Shown here in pieces: positions 39,291 through 50,800 of a DNA stretch of 64,000 nt. A program made the translations under genes and the position numbers. Origin of the DNA: Cytophagales bacterium (GTDB lineage: Bacteria > Bacteroidota > Bacteroidia > Cytophagales > JAHDFW01); contig JAHDFW010000003.1 of NCBI GenBank assembly GCA_020627945.1, positions 7,599-71,598 of the forward strand. The letters run 5' to 3'. Within the stretch, counting starts at the first letter, position 1, and the number at the start of each line of letters is the position of its first letter. The notes beneath the pieces were generated by a model that saw only the letters and a program-made list of their open reading frames with translations, was not told the origin of the DNA and did not search any database.

Positions 39291-42200
39291 ATGGCTGAAG
39301 CAACTCAAATAAGGCAAAAAAGTCGCAAGCGTGTAAAGTTTAATCCGTTTCCAGGGTTACGCCCATTTACCGTAAATGAAAGTCACTTGTTTTTTGGAAG
39401 AGAAGGACAGAGTGATGAGGTACTTAAAAAGCTTGCTGAAAATAAATTTACTGCTGTAATTGGAGCATCTGGATCTGGTAAATCTTCGCTTATGTACTGT
39501 GGAGTGATACCTACGGTATATGGAGGTTTTATTTCTAAAGCTGGTGATAGTTGGAGAATGGTTGTAACACGACCAGGTAATGCTCCTATTGACAATCTAG
39601 CTAAGGCAATTGTGGAAAGTGAACCAGATCATGAAGGTGGTTCAGAAGAAAAGCTTCGAATTCAACGTACTATGAACTCCGCAATTTTGCGTTCTAGTTC
39701 AAAAGGTTTGGTAGAAGCACTACGTCAAGTAAACCAGAAGCGAAAGCAAAACATATTACTTCTTATAGATCAGTTCGAGGAGTTATTTCGTTTTAAGAAA
39801 AGTGCGGAAAATGTAGATTCTGCCAATGAATCAGCGGAATTTGTTCGCTTATTTTTAGAAGCAGCCAACCAAAGTGAAGTGCCTATTTATGTGGTACTAA
39901 CAATGCGTTCAGATTTTATTGGGGACTGTGCTCAATTCCCTAGTCTTACGGAAAAAATTAATGACAGTCACTACTTGATTCCGCAGATGACCCGTAACGA
40001 TATGCAAAATGCTATTGAAGGGCCTGTCGCAGTAGGTGGTGGTAAAATTTCTCCTCATTTGGTTCAGCAATTGCTCAATGAGGTCGGAGATAACCCAGAT
40101 CAACTTCCCATTCTTCAGCATGCCCTTATGAGAACATGGGATGCTTGGGAAAATTCTATCGAAGATGAAGCCATGATCAATATTGATCATTATGACTCCA
40201 TTGGTAGAATGGAAAAAGCACTTTCCAATCACGCCAACGAAGCATATGACGAACTAAGTGAAGGTGGTAAACGAATTTGCGAAAACCTCTTTAAGACACT
40301 AACTGAAAAAGGTGGTGATAATAGAGGGATTCGTAGACCAACTGCCCTTCTCACCGTTGCGGACATTTGTCATGCACCAATGGACGAGGTGAAAGAAGTA
40401 GTTGAAAAATTTAGAGTTGCTGGAAGATCATTCTTAGCACCATCTTCAAGTGTAAAACTTGAATCTGATACTATAGTCGATATTTCTCACGAAAGTTTGA
40501 TGAGAATTTGGGATCGTCTTATTGTTTGGGTAGATGAGGAAGCAACGGCAGTAAATACATACGTTAGAATTGCCGACGCAGCTGCACTCTATCAAGTCGG
40601 AAAAGCAAGCTTATGGAGACCACCAGATTTGCAGCTTGCACTGAATTGGAAAGAAAAGAAAGAGCCTACCTTAAAATGGGCCGAACGGTATGATCCGTCT
40701 TTTGAAAGAGCAATGGTATTCCTTCAAACCAGTAAGGATACTTATGAAGCTGAAGAAAGGAATAAAATTTTACAACAAAAACGAGCTCTAAAACGCTCCA
40801 GAATTGTTGCAATTGTACTTGGTACAGCCGCAGTAATAGCACTTTTCCTTACACTTTGGGCTTTTATACAACAGCAAAAAGCCGAGGAAAAAGAGAAAGA
40901 AGCTCTTGAAGCAAAAGCTAATGCCGAGGTAAAAGAAAAAGAAGCAAACCTTGCTAAGGAAGACGCTCTTAAGCAAAAAGCTATTGCAGAGGAAAAGGAG
41001 CAAGAAGCTCTTGTACAAAAAGCTTTAGCGGATTCTGCTAAAGTGTTGGCCGAATTATCTGCCGCTGAAGCACTTCGACAAAAAGGGATTGCACTTCAAA
41101 AAGAGAAAGAAGCGAATCGTCAGAAAGTTATTGCTGAGGAAAAAGAGGCGGAAGCACAAAAACAGAAAACCTTAGCGGAGCAAAAGGAGAAAGAGGCAAT
41201 TGCGGCACAGTTAGAAGCGGATAAACTGCGAATGCTTTCGATTTCTAAAGCGATGGCTATTAAATCTGCTCAAATGCGAAGAGATACCACTCGTAAAGCA
41301 TTATTGGCTTACCAATCTTACATATTTAATGATGAATATAAAGGTGAAGAACACAATGCCGATGTTTATGATGGTCTTTATTCAACTCTTAAATCTTTGA
41401 ATCAAGAAGAATACAATAGTCTGGAGGGACATACGGATGCTATTCGTGCTTTGAACTTTTCAAATGAAGGTACTTTGTATTCAACTGGTAGTGATGGTAA
41501 AATTATGGCTTGGGATACGGAGTCATCAACTTCTCCATTTAAAACAGTTTATAGTGATGATAAAATCAAAAGAACTATGGTTGTGAGCCCAGACAACAAA
41601 AGTCTGGCAGTTGGTGATGAAAGTTCAAATATTAAGTTAGTGAACATTGCAAGTGGTGACGCTTCTGAATTAAAAGACCACACTAAAGCAGTTTGGGCAT
41701 TAACTTACGACAAAGAAGGGAACCTATATAGTACCTCTGCAGATTCAACTTTGAGAGTATGGAACAATGGAACTTCTAAAATTCTTACCAACGGTCAGTT
41801 GATTAGAACCGTATCAGTGTATGGAGATAATATCGCTTGTGGACAAATGAACTCCAAATTAACTATTTGGAACAAGAGCAACGGTTCTCTGGTTAAGAGT
41901 TTAGACGAGGCTTCACCTGTATATTCTGTGGCTTACAGCCCAGATGGGAAATTACTCGCTTGTGGAGATCTTCAAGGTAATATTAAAATTTACGACTCTA
42001 AATCGTATGAGTTAATAACTAGTTTACGTGGACACACTGCAAGGGTACATGAGATTGAGTTTAGCCAAGATGGATCTCAAATGGCAACTGCTAGTTTCGA
42101 CAAAACGGTATTACTTTGGAAAACTGCCGACTTCAACGTGACTCCAATAAGTATGAGAGATCATGAAGGTTGGGTAGTAACAATGGCTTTTAGTCCTGAT

Positions 42201-42407
42201 GGCACTAAACTTATCGCAGGTTGTATTGACAATGTAATTCGAGTTTGGCCTACTGATATTAAGAGTATGGCAGAACAAATTTGCGAAAAACTTAAGAGAA
42301 ACATGACTCAGAAGGAATGGGAAAAATATGTAGCTAAAGATATTCCTTACGAAAAAACATGTGACGCTCTTCCTGTAGGTGAAGGAGTAAAACCAGAAAA
42401 CGAATAA
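39291..42407 (+). CDS. nSTAND1-like P-loop NTPase with TM helix, coiled coil and C-terminal WD40 repeats
   Basis: NPFPGLRPFTVNESHLFFGREGQSDEVLKKL, Walker [19 protein letters not shown], Walker B-like NILLLIDQFEELF; hydrophobic IVAIVLGTAAVIALFLTLWAFI; long AEEKE coiled coil; WD40 units such as SLRGHTARVHEIEFSQDGSQMATASFDKTVLLW. Confidence 0.92.
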   Translation: MAEATQIRQKSRKRVKFNPFPGLRPFTVNESHLFFGREGQSDEVLKKLAENKFTAVIGASGSGKSSLMYCGVIPTVYGGFISKAGDSWRMVVTRPGNAPIDNLAKAIVESEPDHEGGSEEKLRIQRTMNSAILRSSSKGLVEALRQVNQKRKQNILLLIDQFEELFRFKKSAENVDSANESAEFVRLFLEAANQSEVPIYVVLTMRSDFIGDCAQFPSLTEKINDSHYLIPQMTRNDMQNAIEGPVAVGGGKISPHLVQQLLNEVGDNPDQLPILQHALMRTWDAWENSIEDEAMINIDHYDSIGRMEKALSNHANEAYDELSEGGKRICENLFKTLTEKGGDNRGIRRPTALLTVADICHAPMDEVKEVVEKFRVAGRSFLAPSSSVKLESDTIVDISHESLMRIWDRLIVWVDEEATAVNTYVRIADAAALYQVGKASLWRPPDLQLALNWKEKKEPTLKWAERYDPSFERAMVFLQTSKDTYEAEERNKILQQKRALKRSRIVAIVLGTAAVIALFLTLWAFIQQQKAEEKEKEALEAKANAEVKEKEANLAKEDALKQKAIAEEKEQEALVQKALADSAKVLAELSAAEALRQKGIALQKEKEANRQKVIAEEKEAEAQKQKTLAEQKEKEAIAAQLEADKLRMLSISKAMAIKSAQMRRDTTRKALLAYQSYIFNDEYKGEEHNADVYDGLYSTLKSLNQEEYNSLEGHTDAIRALNFSNEGTLYSTGSDGKIMAWDTESSTSPFKTVYSDDKIKRTMVVSPDNKSLAVGDESSNIKLVNIASGDASELKDHTKAVWALTYDKEGNLYSTSADSTLRVWNNGTSKILTNGQLIRTVSVYGDNIACGQMNSKLTIWNKSNGSLVKSLDEASPVYSVAYSPDGKLLACGDLQGNIKIYDSKSYELITSLRGHTARVHEIEFSQDGSQMATASFDKTVLLWKTADFNVTPISMRDHEGWVVTMAFSPDGTKLIAGCIDNVIRVWPTDIKSMAEQICEKLKRNMTQKEWEKYVAKDIPYEKTCDALPVGEGVKPENE

Positions 42408-42414
42408 AGAAATT

Positions 42415-43542
42415 TTGATCCACAATGTAATGTATTCCAACATGTGTAGAACAATTCGAAATATTAATCCAATTCCATCATTAAAAAGAATGGTAATACT
42501 TGTGTTTTTATGCACAACAGGATTCTTGTTTTCGTTGCAAACTTCAGCTCAAGAAGATTGCTCTGAAAAACTAAAAAATGCAGAAGCTAGTTACGAAGGA
42601 GGAAACATTGAAAATGTTGAATCTATTGTAACAGGGTGTCTAGATAATGGCGGGTTCAGTAAGGCAGAAAGAGAAGAAGCTTATAAACTACTTACTCTTG
42701 TTGGTCTTTTTGAAGATGATTTCCCAAAGGCTGAGTCCAACATGACTAAACTCCTTAACTCAAATCCGGATTTTAAACCTAAACCATCGGACCCTATTGA
42801 GTTAAAGAAATTGTATGATCTATTTAGAATTGACCCGGTATTAACATTTGGACTACGCTTAGGATTAAATAGTAGTTACACTACACTTCTAAGATACTAT
42901 TCCGTTGAAAATTCAACCGATTTAAGTGATGGATTTATTTCTTCTGGATTAGGATTTCAAATTTCTGGAGCATTAAATGTTCGTATTGCTGGAGGTCTTT
43001 ATGCAACGTTAGAGCCTGGCTATACGTCAGTTAACTTTGTAGACCTAGGTACTAGTTTATATGACAGTGCCAACATTGTGGGCTTTACTGAAACTATGAC
43101 CAAAATGGGACTTTCAGGTGGTTTTAGTAATGAATTTAACAGATACAAGTCTATAAAACCTACTTTGGAAGCAGGTGCAGGGATTTTCAGACTTATTAGT
43201 TCGGACACGAAAATTACTCGAGATTATTTAGATGAAAGTGGAAGTGCTAGTGTTCAAGAGTCGGAAATCAACCTAAATGCGAATCGTGCAAACACCATGT
43301 TTAACCTATACTATGGTGCTGAGGTGAAATTCAAAGCAGGAAGTAGAGGAAACATTGTGATTGGAGTAAGACATAATATCGGATTGACCAACATTACCTC
43401 ATCAAGGTACAACGACAATCTAATGTATAGATACTATCATATACTGGATGACATGACTCAAAACTCCATAATGTTCAGAGTTGGGTACTTGCAATCAGTG
43501 TATAGACCAAAAATATTGAAAAGAAAATTAAAGCAACAATAA
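42415..43542 (+). CDS. Predicted outer-membrane beta-barrel protein with N-terminal TPR-like region
   Basis: Signal-like VILVFLCTTGFLFSLQTSAQ, short helical region, then alternating amphipathic strands (FGLRLGLN..., IVIGVRHNIGLTNI, SIMFRVGYLQSVYRPK). The true start may be an internal Met. Confidence 0.68.
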   Translation: MIHNVMYSNMCRTIRNINPIPSLKRMVILVFLCTTGFLFSLQTSAQEDCSEKLKNAEASYEGGNIENVESIVTGCLDNGGFSKAEREEAYKLLTLVGLFEDDFPKAESNMTKLLNSNPDFKPKPSDPIELKKLYDLFRIDPVLTFGLRLGLNSSYTTLLRYYSVENSTDLSDGFISSGLGFQISGALNVRIAGGLYATLEPGYTSVNFVDLGTSLYDSANIVGFTETMTKMGLSGGFSNEFNRYKSIKPTLEAGAGIFRLISSDTKITRDYLDESGSASVQESEINLNANRANTMFNLYYGAEVKFKAGSRGNIVIGVRHNIGLTNITSSRYNDNLMYRYYHILDDMTQNSIMFRVGYLQSVYRPKILKRKLKQQ

Positions 43543-44819
43543 TGAAAAAATACTTAGTAATTACAGTATTAGCCATTAGCATTTTTGCATGCCGTGAAAA
43601 AGGTGATCCTTTTGAGCCAGTAAGTTCTAAAAAGTTTGTGAAGTTATATGGAAAATCAAAGGTGGATGTAGCCTATGACCTCTTGCAAACCTCAGATGGA
43701 GGTTACATTATGGCAGGAGGTGTAATGGATTTCTATGGAGCTAAATATACAGGAGACCACCAGTTTTACGTAGTAAAAACAAGCCCATATGGAAACATTG
43801 AATGGGAAGTATCTCTTGGGGATAGTCTAATGAATGATACCGCCAAAGCCATTCATATTACTCCAGAAGGAGATTATATTGTTGCAGGTACTAAATCAAT
43901 TAATGACACAATAAATGGTGTACATAGTAACATGTACGTTGTCAAAATCGACCAAAGTGGCAATATAATATGGGAAAATGATCAAATTGGAAGTGCAGGG
44001 ATTAATGAAACATGTAATGCTTTTACCGCTATTGCCGATGGATATGTGTTGGTTGGAAGTACAGATGCTGCCAGCACTACAGTGGATAGTACAGTTATTG
44101 TCAACCAGTCAGGGACTAAAGATCAGTATTTGATAAGAATTGATTTAGATGGCCAAGTGGTCCCTTTTGGTACTGCACAACATGGAGGTTTTGCTAATGA
44201 TGAGTATGTAGATTGCCTCTTGAGATTTACGGCTGGAGAATATAGAGTGATTCTATTAGGCAGTGGAGTTTCTAATTTTGGAGATGAGGATATTACCATT
44301 ACAACTAAGAAAGTATCGGATTTAGCGGGACCAACGGATTTTGATGTTCCCACTAATGACGAACACAACGATATTCCAGGTAAACTTTACGATGCTGGAG
44401 ATTTCATTATGATGATAGGTACTGATGGACTAGGAGGCTCTTCAGCATCCAAGCTAGTTAACTATCAATTTAATGGTAAAGATTTGATCACTGCAGGGTT
44501 TGATACCATTATTACTTCCAATAATTGGACGAGTACATTTGGTAACTCTGTAGTAAAAGCTTGGGACAACTCAAGTTATATAATGCTAAGTACAGGAGTA
44601 CAAGGCGATAATTCTGGGATTCTCGCAAATATAGTGAGTATCAATGGAGCAGAACTTGATCCATATTTCCAAAATCAGGAATATGGATTAGGTGTAAATG
44701 AAGGTGTTAAAATCATCCGTACTTCAGACTTTGGATATGCTATTTTAGGCAATACCAGGTTTGGAGCTGATCAGAAGTTTCTGTTTATAAAAATGGATGA
44801 ATTTGGAAACATTGAATAA
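43542..44819 (+). CDS. Predicted lipoprotein with propeller-like repeats
   Basis: Lipobox-like VLAISIFACREK; repeats such as AYDLLQTSDGGYIMAG, AIHITPEGDYIVAGTKS and IIRTSDFGYAILGNTRF. Start overlaps the previous stop. Confidence 0.75.
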   Translation: MKKYLVITVLAISIFACREKGDPFEPVSSKKFVKLYGKSKVDVAYDLLQTSDGGYIMAGGVMDFYGAKYTGDHQFYVVKTSPYGNIEWEVSLGDSLMNDTAKAIHITPEGDYIVAGTKSINDTINGVHSNMYVVKIDQSGNIIWENDQIGSAGINETCNAFTAIADGYVLVGSTDAASTTVDSTVIVNQSGTKDQYLIRIDLDGQVVPFGTAQHGGFANDEYVDCLLRFTAGEYRVILLGSGVSNFGDEDITITTKKVSDLAGPTDFDVPTNDEHNDIPGKLYDAGDFIMMIGTDGLGGSSASKLVNYQFNGKDLITAGFDTIITSNNWTSTFGNSVVKAWDNSSYIMLSTGVQGDNSGILANIVSINGAELDPYFQNQEYGLGVNEGVKIIRTSDFGYAILGNTRFGADQKFLFIKMDEFGNIE

Positions 44820-44874
44820 TAACTGGTAGAAGGTATATTCTTTTTACCTAAAATATAATCAACAAGTTGAAAAC

Positions 44875-47800
44875 GTGTCAGTTATGGGGATATTTAGAAA
44901 AATCGTAACGGGTGTAACTATGGCTTTAGCAGCCTTTCAGTTTACTCAAGCTCAAACTTATGCTACCCTACCATATCAAGATGATTTTGAATCAGGTCTT
45001 GGTACAGAGTGGACTACAACTGTTCCAGCATCAGCCAACGTGATTACTACCGGAATGGGTACACCATACGAAGGTTTGAATCATTTATTAATTGATGATG
45101 GAACTGCAGGTGGAACTAACACTAAAATAGCAGCCCTACATGTAAACCTTTCCAATGGTTCAGAATACACATTATCCTTCTTCATGAAGGATTTTGGAGA
45201 TGAAGATGATCTAGTTGACGGTATATACTTTTCAGACTCTGCTTCAAAAGCAGCGATTAAAGTACACTCCTTTACTCCTTCCACAATCACAGACAATGTT
45301 TGGCAAGAGGTAGTTATTGATATTGACGAATTAGCAGCCGCAAATGGTCTTAATTTAACCGATAGCTTTAGAATCGAGTTTCATGAATCTGATGACAGGG
45401 AGTGGAATAATTCTACCCCAGGAGACCCAGATGGTTTCGCATTTGACCTAATGGAAATCTACCCTACACCTACTATGACTTCTGGCTCGATTAGCGGAAC
45501 AGATACAATATGCTTCGACAGTACAGGAACTTCTACTATCACATTGACGGAAGCAAGTCCTTCATTATATGGGGAAGGGAATATAGTTTACGAGTGGCAA
45601 AGCACTTCTAATCTCTTTACCTGGGATTCAGTAACAACTTCTTCTGGCACAGACACAACTTGGCCTGCACCATTAGTTACAACTCTATATAGACGTTGTG
45701 CAATAACCGACCAAGGACAAGGTCCAGCCTGTAGTACTCCAATCTTAATTACCGTAACTCCTGAAGAAAATGCGCAAATACTTGGTTTAGCCGCTTCTTA
45801 TGCAAATACAGATGGTGCTCAAACAATTTTTGGTAGTCCAATAATAGGGCTTTTCACAGGTACAGGAATATTAGATAATGCCGATGGAACTGCGACCCTA
45901 GATGTTTCTTCTGGAGGTTTAGGCAACCGAACTATCACATATACATACACAGATCCATTTGGCTGTCCTTATACTAAAGACAGTGTAACTAATATTATTC
46001 TTGGAAACTCAGTAATCTATAAACCAGCACCTTACACCATGGATTTCGAATCGTTCCCAGGTTGGACTGGTGCCACTGAATGGCGTAGAGATAACACTAA
46101 TCCACGCGTAGAAGTAAATGCTGATGCAACACCTTATGAAGGAGCTGCTTGTTTAATTATGGACGATGATAATACGGGAAGCACAACAGAATTTACGCGT
46201 TCAGCGACTCTTCATGTTGATCTTTCTTTATTCTCCGATTACACACTGGAGTTCTATATGAAAGACTTTCAAGATGAAGACCATCCCGAAGACGGAGTTT
46301 TTATTTCTACTAAAACTAGTGGTGGATTTCAAAAGATTTTTGATTTTGCACCTACAACTAGAGCAGACGGTGCATGGGCAAAATATTCCATTGATCTAGA
46401 TGTAGCTGCAGCTACCGTAGGTACAACTTTGGATGATAGTGTACAGATCATGTTTCAAGAAAAAGATCAATTTAGATTCGATGAAAGTACTACTGATGGT
46501 ATTGCTTTGGATTCAATAGTTATTTTTACTTCCCTTCCATTAACGGCAGGAAGTATTAATGGTAGTGATACCCTTTGTTTCGCAACAACAGATACAGGCT
46601 CTGTCGTAATTACAAACAGTGCTTCTCCAACGAATGGTGAACCACCTTATTCTTATACATGGGAAAGCTCACAAGATTTATTAAGCTGGTCAAACGTTGG
46701 AAGCTCCTCTACACCAGATACAACCATTGATGCTCCTTCGGCAAGCACTTATTACAGAAGATGCGTTAGCACCTCAAGCGAAGGTCCTATTTGTACTTCA
46801 CCGATCTTCATTCGTGTGGAACAAGAACCAACCGTATTCTTAAACATTGTGGATACTGCTCTTTGCGAAAATGAACCTTCTGCTTTAATTACAGGTATTC
46901 CTACCAGTCCAGATGGTACATTTAATTCGTATACGGGATTGACTGACAATAATAATGGTACAGCTTCCTTAGATCCTGTTGTATCTGGCACTGGCTCTTT
47001 CCAAACTATTTATAGTTATACCAATTATTTTGGCTGTACTGCAAGTGATACTATTACCATGGAGGTCCTAGGCACACCTACGGTTTCATTTTCAGGTCTC
47101 TCTGCTACTTCTGCGACAACAGATCCTCCACAAACTTTAACGGGTTCTCCACCTGGAGGAGTATTCGAAGGTTTGGGAGTCTCTGGTAATGCGTTCTATC
47201 CAGCTATTGCTCCTACCGATACGTCCTTTAATATTACATATACTTATTCAGATGCTAACGGATGTACCAATACATCTAGCCCTCAAACAGTCGTTGTTAC
47301 CACTGGTAGTTCAGGAGCTATTTCTTCTAGCTTATTAAACAGTTATTGTGCTGACTTCCCTAATGAAGTGGAATTTAAGGGTACAGCACCTCCTGGTTGG
47401 TCTGCTGTTGGATTTACTTTACGATCAAATGGTGTAGCTTCGACTAACGGATTCACACCTAACGGGCTTGATTCCGCGGTATTTGAGCCTAATTTAGCTG
47501 ATCTTGGTACTACAATTGAAATTGTATTCAAGTATAGCCAAACCTATGACTGTAATCCATTCCCGTGTAACCCTTATAGCTGTAACCCTTATATATGTAA
47601 TCCATACCAATGTAATCCATACCCTTGTATTACAGGTTTTACCCCAATAGGTCTTCCAATATTTGGAACCTGCTACAGTACTTGTTGGAATTTGTGTTTC
47701 AAAACTTGCTATAACACTTGCTATAACACCTGTACCAGATATGATTCTACAGTTGTTACAACTACGGTTTACGATCTTCCAAATGTAAACTTCACAAATC

Positions 47801-50800
47801 TTTCGGGTCAATATTGCAAAAATGATGCTCCTTTCGCACTTGAAGGAAACTTTAGCAACACAGGGTTTGCTAGCTCGGTTCCTTCTGCATTAACTGGAAG
47901 TACGTTTGATCCAGGTGATTTAAGTATTGGTAGTTCAGTAGACCTTTCTTATACGTTTACTGATGGAAATTCTTGTACAAACTCTGATACCGTTACAGTC
48001 ACGATTGACTCTGTGCCAGTAGTGAATTTTAGTGGCATGACGGCCGTAGATTCTACTTGTCCTAACAAAGCTAAAAATGTATTCATAGGAAACATCCCTT
48101 CAAGCGGTGCTTTTAATACTACTACAGGATTGGTTAATACTACTCCAGGTCAAGCGGAATTTGATCCTTCTACTCCAAGCCTTCCTGCTACAACCAATAT
48201 TGAATATTATTATATCGATGGTAATGGATGTCGTGGTAGTATTACCAAGCAAATGAAGTTACATCCTTTACCAGTAATTCAATTCTTCGGCCTTAACCCT
48301 CAACGGTCGTATTGTGTAGATGCAACTAGCGTGCTTCTCTCTGGTAGTGAATCTCCCCAAGGAACTTTCTTTGGAGAGGGAATTGGTGTTGTTGATTTAG
48401 GTAATGGTACGGCAAACTTTATTCCTAGTAGTTATCAGGCAGATAGCTCGTATACCATTTCATATGAATACACAGATGGTAACACTTGTACGGATACTGC
48501 TTCTTCTACTGTTTACATTAGACCTCTCCCAACAGTTGAAATTCTAGGCTTACCAGATTATGTTTGTGAGTCAGATGCACCTTTATCTCTGAATGCCACT
48601 CCAGCTTCTGGTCAAGTAACTACATTCTCAGGCCCTGGAGTAAGTGGAACAACATTTACACCTGCAAATGCCAATGTTGGAACTATAGACACAATCCAAT
48701 ACGATTATACTGAATTTGGAATTATTGGTGTGACAGCTTGTTCGAATACGGCTATTGATACTATTGAAATTAAGGCATTACCAGTTGTTACCATTTCAAG
48801 TTTAGATACAGCGTATTGTACCGATGAACCAGCTGATACTATTTTTGGAACACCAGCAAATGGAACCTTCTCTGGAGCAAGTATCATTGACTTCCTAGAT
48901 GGTTCGGCTACAATCAGCCCAATCCCACTTACCGAACGAAATACTTACGAAATCATTTACAAATATTCGGATGGATTTGGTTGTACAAACTGGGATACTG
49001 GATATACTTACATCGACACTTTACCCGTAGTATCATTTACTGGATTGGTAAATAACGTCTTAACAAATTCAAACTATTATTGTGAGGATCATGCCATATC
49101 TAATTTAGTGGGAAGCCCAGCAGGAGCTGCAGGTGTATTCACCAGTGGATCTTTGGGTCTTATAGATGATGGTGGCGGAAATGCTAGATTTGATCCTACT
49201 TTACCAGTTACAAATGTTTGGGATACGATAAGATATCGTTTCACTGATGGACAAACTTGTACCAGTTTCCAAGATCAATTGGTATACGTACAAAGTTTGC
49301 CAGTAGTTGATATGCTTGGATTAGATTCAGCGTATTGTTCTTCCGATGGACCAGATCCTCTATCAGGAGTACCTGGTGGAGGTGTATTTACAGGTCCTGG
49401 AATTGTATTTAATACTTTTGATCCTGATCCTTCTATCGTAGGTATTGATACCATTGTCTACACGTTCACCGATGCACAAGGATGTGTAAATGATACGTTT
49501 GATGTTACCATTGTGAATGCATTACCTGCAATTCAAATTGATAGTTTAATGGCAGAATATTGTGAAGATGATGAAGTAGACACAATATATTCGAATAAAA
49601 TTGGTGAGACTACTGGTCAATTTACACCTCCAAGTTTGATCTCGGATCAGGGAGATGGTACAGCCATATTTGACCCTTCAATTATTGCTCAAGATAGTAT
49701 TACAATTACATTCACCTATACCGATACAAATTCTTGTGTTAATAGTGTAGACCAAGATGTAGTAATCAATAGACTTCCTACCGTGTTCTTTAATGGTATT
49801 ACCGATGGACAAGTATTGTGTGCTGATCAATCTTTACCTGTTTTACTAATAGGAAATCAAGCGCCTCTAGGAGAGTTCTTAGGAGATTCTCTAATTGAAG
49901 GAATTATAGATAGCACCAATGGTAAAGCTATTTTGAGACCTGATCTTGGTTTAGAAGATACTTTGCTTGATATTACCTATGCTTACATGGATGCTAAAGG
50001 ATGTGTAGACACTTCTACTCTGCAAATTATGTATCGTAGTTTACCTGTTATTAGTTATTCTGGTTTAGATACGGTTTACTGCTATGATGATGCTTTCTCT
50101 CCTTTAGTAGTTACTTCCAACCAATTAGGAACTACTCTTTTTGAAGGAGAAGGTGTTGCTGCACTAACATATAATCCTGCTCTGGTAGAAACTAAAAACT
50201 TATTGGATCCAATAACAAGATCGTATTACGATACCGTGACACTTACATTTACCAATTCAGATGGCTGTTATACTATAGATACTCAGTATACTAGAGTATT
50301 GGATTTACCTACCGCAAGTTTTGGCATCTCTGGATACTGTAATAATGATACGATATACTTCTCCGATTCTTCCACCGTTTCGATTTACGATTCTATTGTT
50401 GCGTGGGAATGGAATTATGACAATGGAGACCCTGTAAATGACTTTATTCAGAATGGACAAGAATGGTATGAAAACCCAGGAGAATATAGAATTGAACTTA
50501 CAGTTTACACTCATGAAGGGTGTACGCATACTGGAATTGTGGATACCGTGATAGGCGCTCCTCCTATTGTTGATTTTGCTTGGGATAACATCTGCTTTGG
50601 AGATACCATTCAATTCTCTGATTCTTCCATGGATGTATCAGTAGATACTATGGTTGCATGGAATTGGAATTTTGGCGATGGAAATATTTCTAATTTACAA
50701 AACCCAACGCACCAATATGATTCTTTGCTAAGTTACCCAGTTACACTAGTGGTTACTACAAACCATAACTGTGTAGATTCTCTTACCAGAATATTAGATA

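Noticed and set aside
40870-41280. Low-complexity AAA/GAG-rich repeated stretch
   Set aside because: Encodes an in-frame charged coiled coil in the NTPase/WD40 protein; no evidence of a separate element.
47551-47733. Short tandem repeats resembling a CRISPR or minisatellite
   Set aside because: Units are 12 and 15 bp, contiguous without spacers, and in frame inside a large ORF. They are protein-level repeats, not a CRISPR array.
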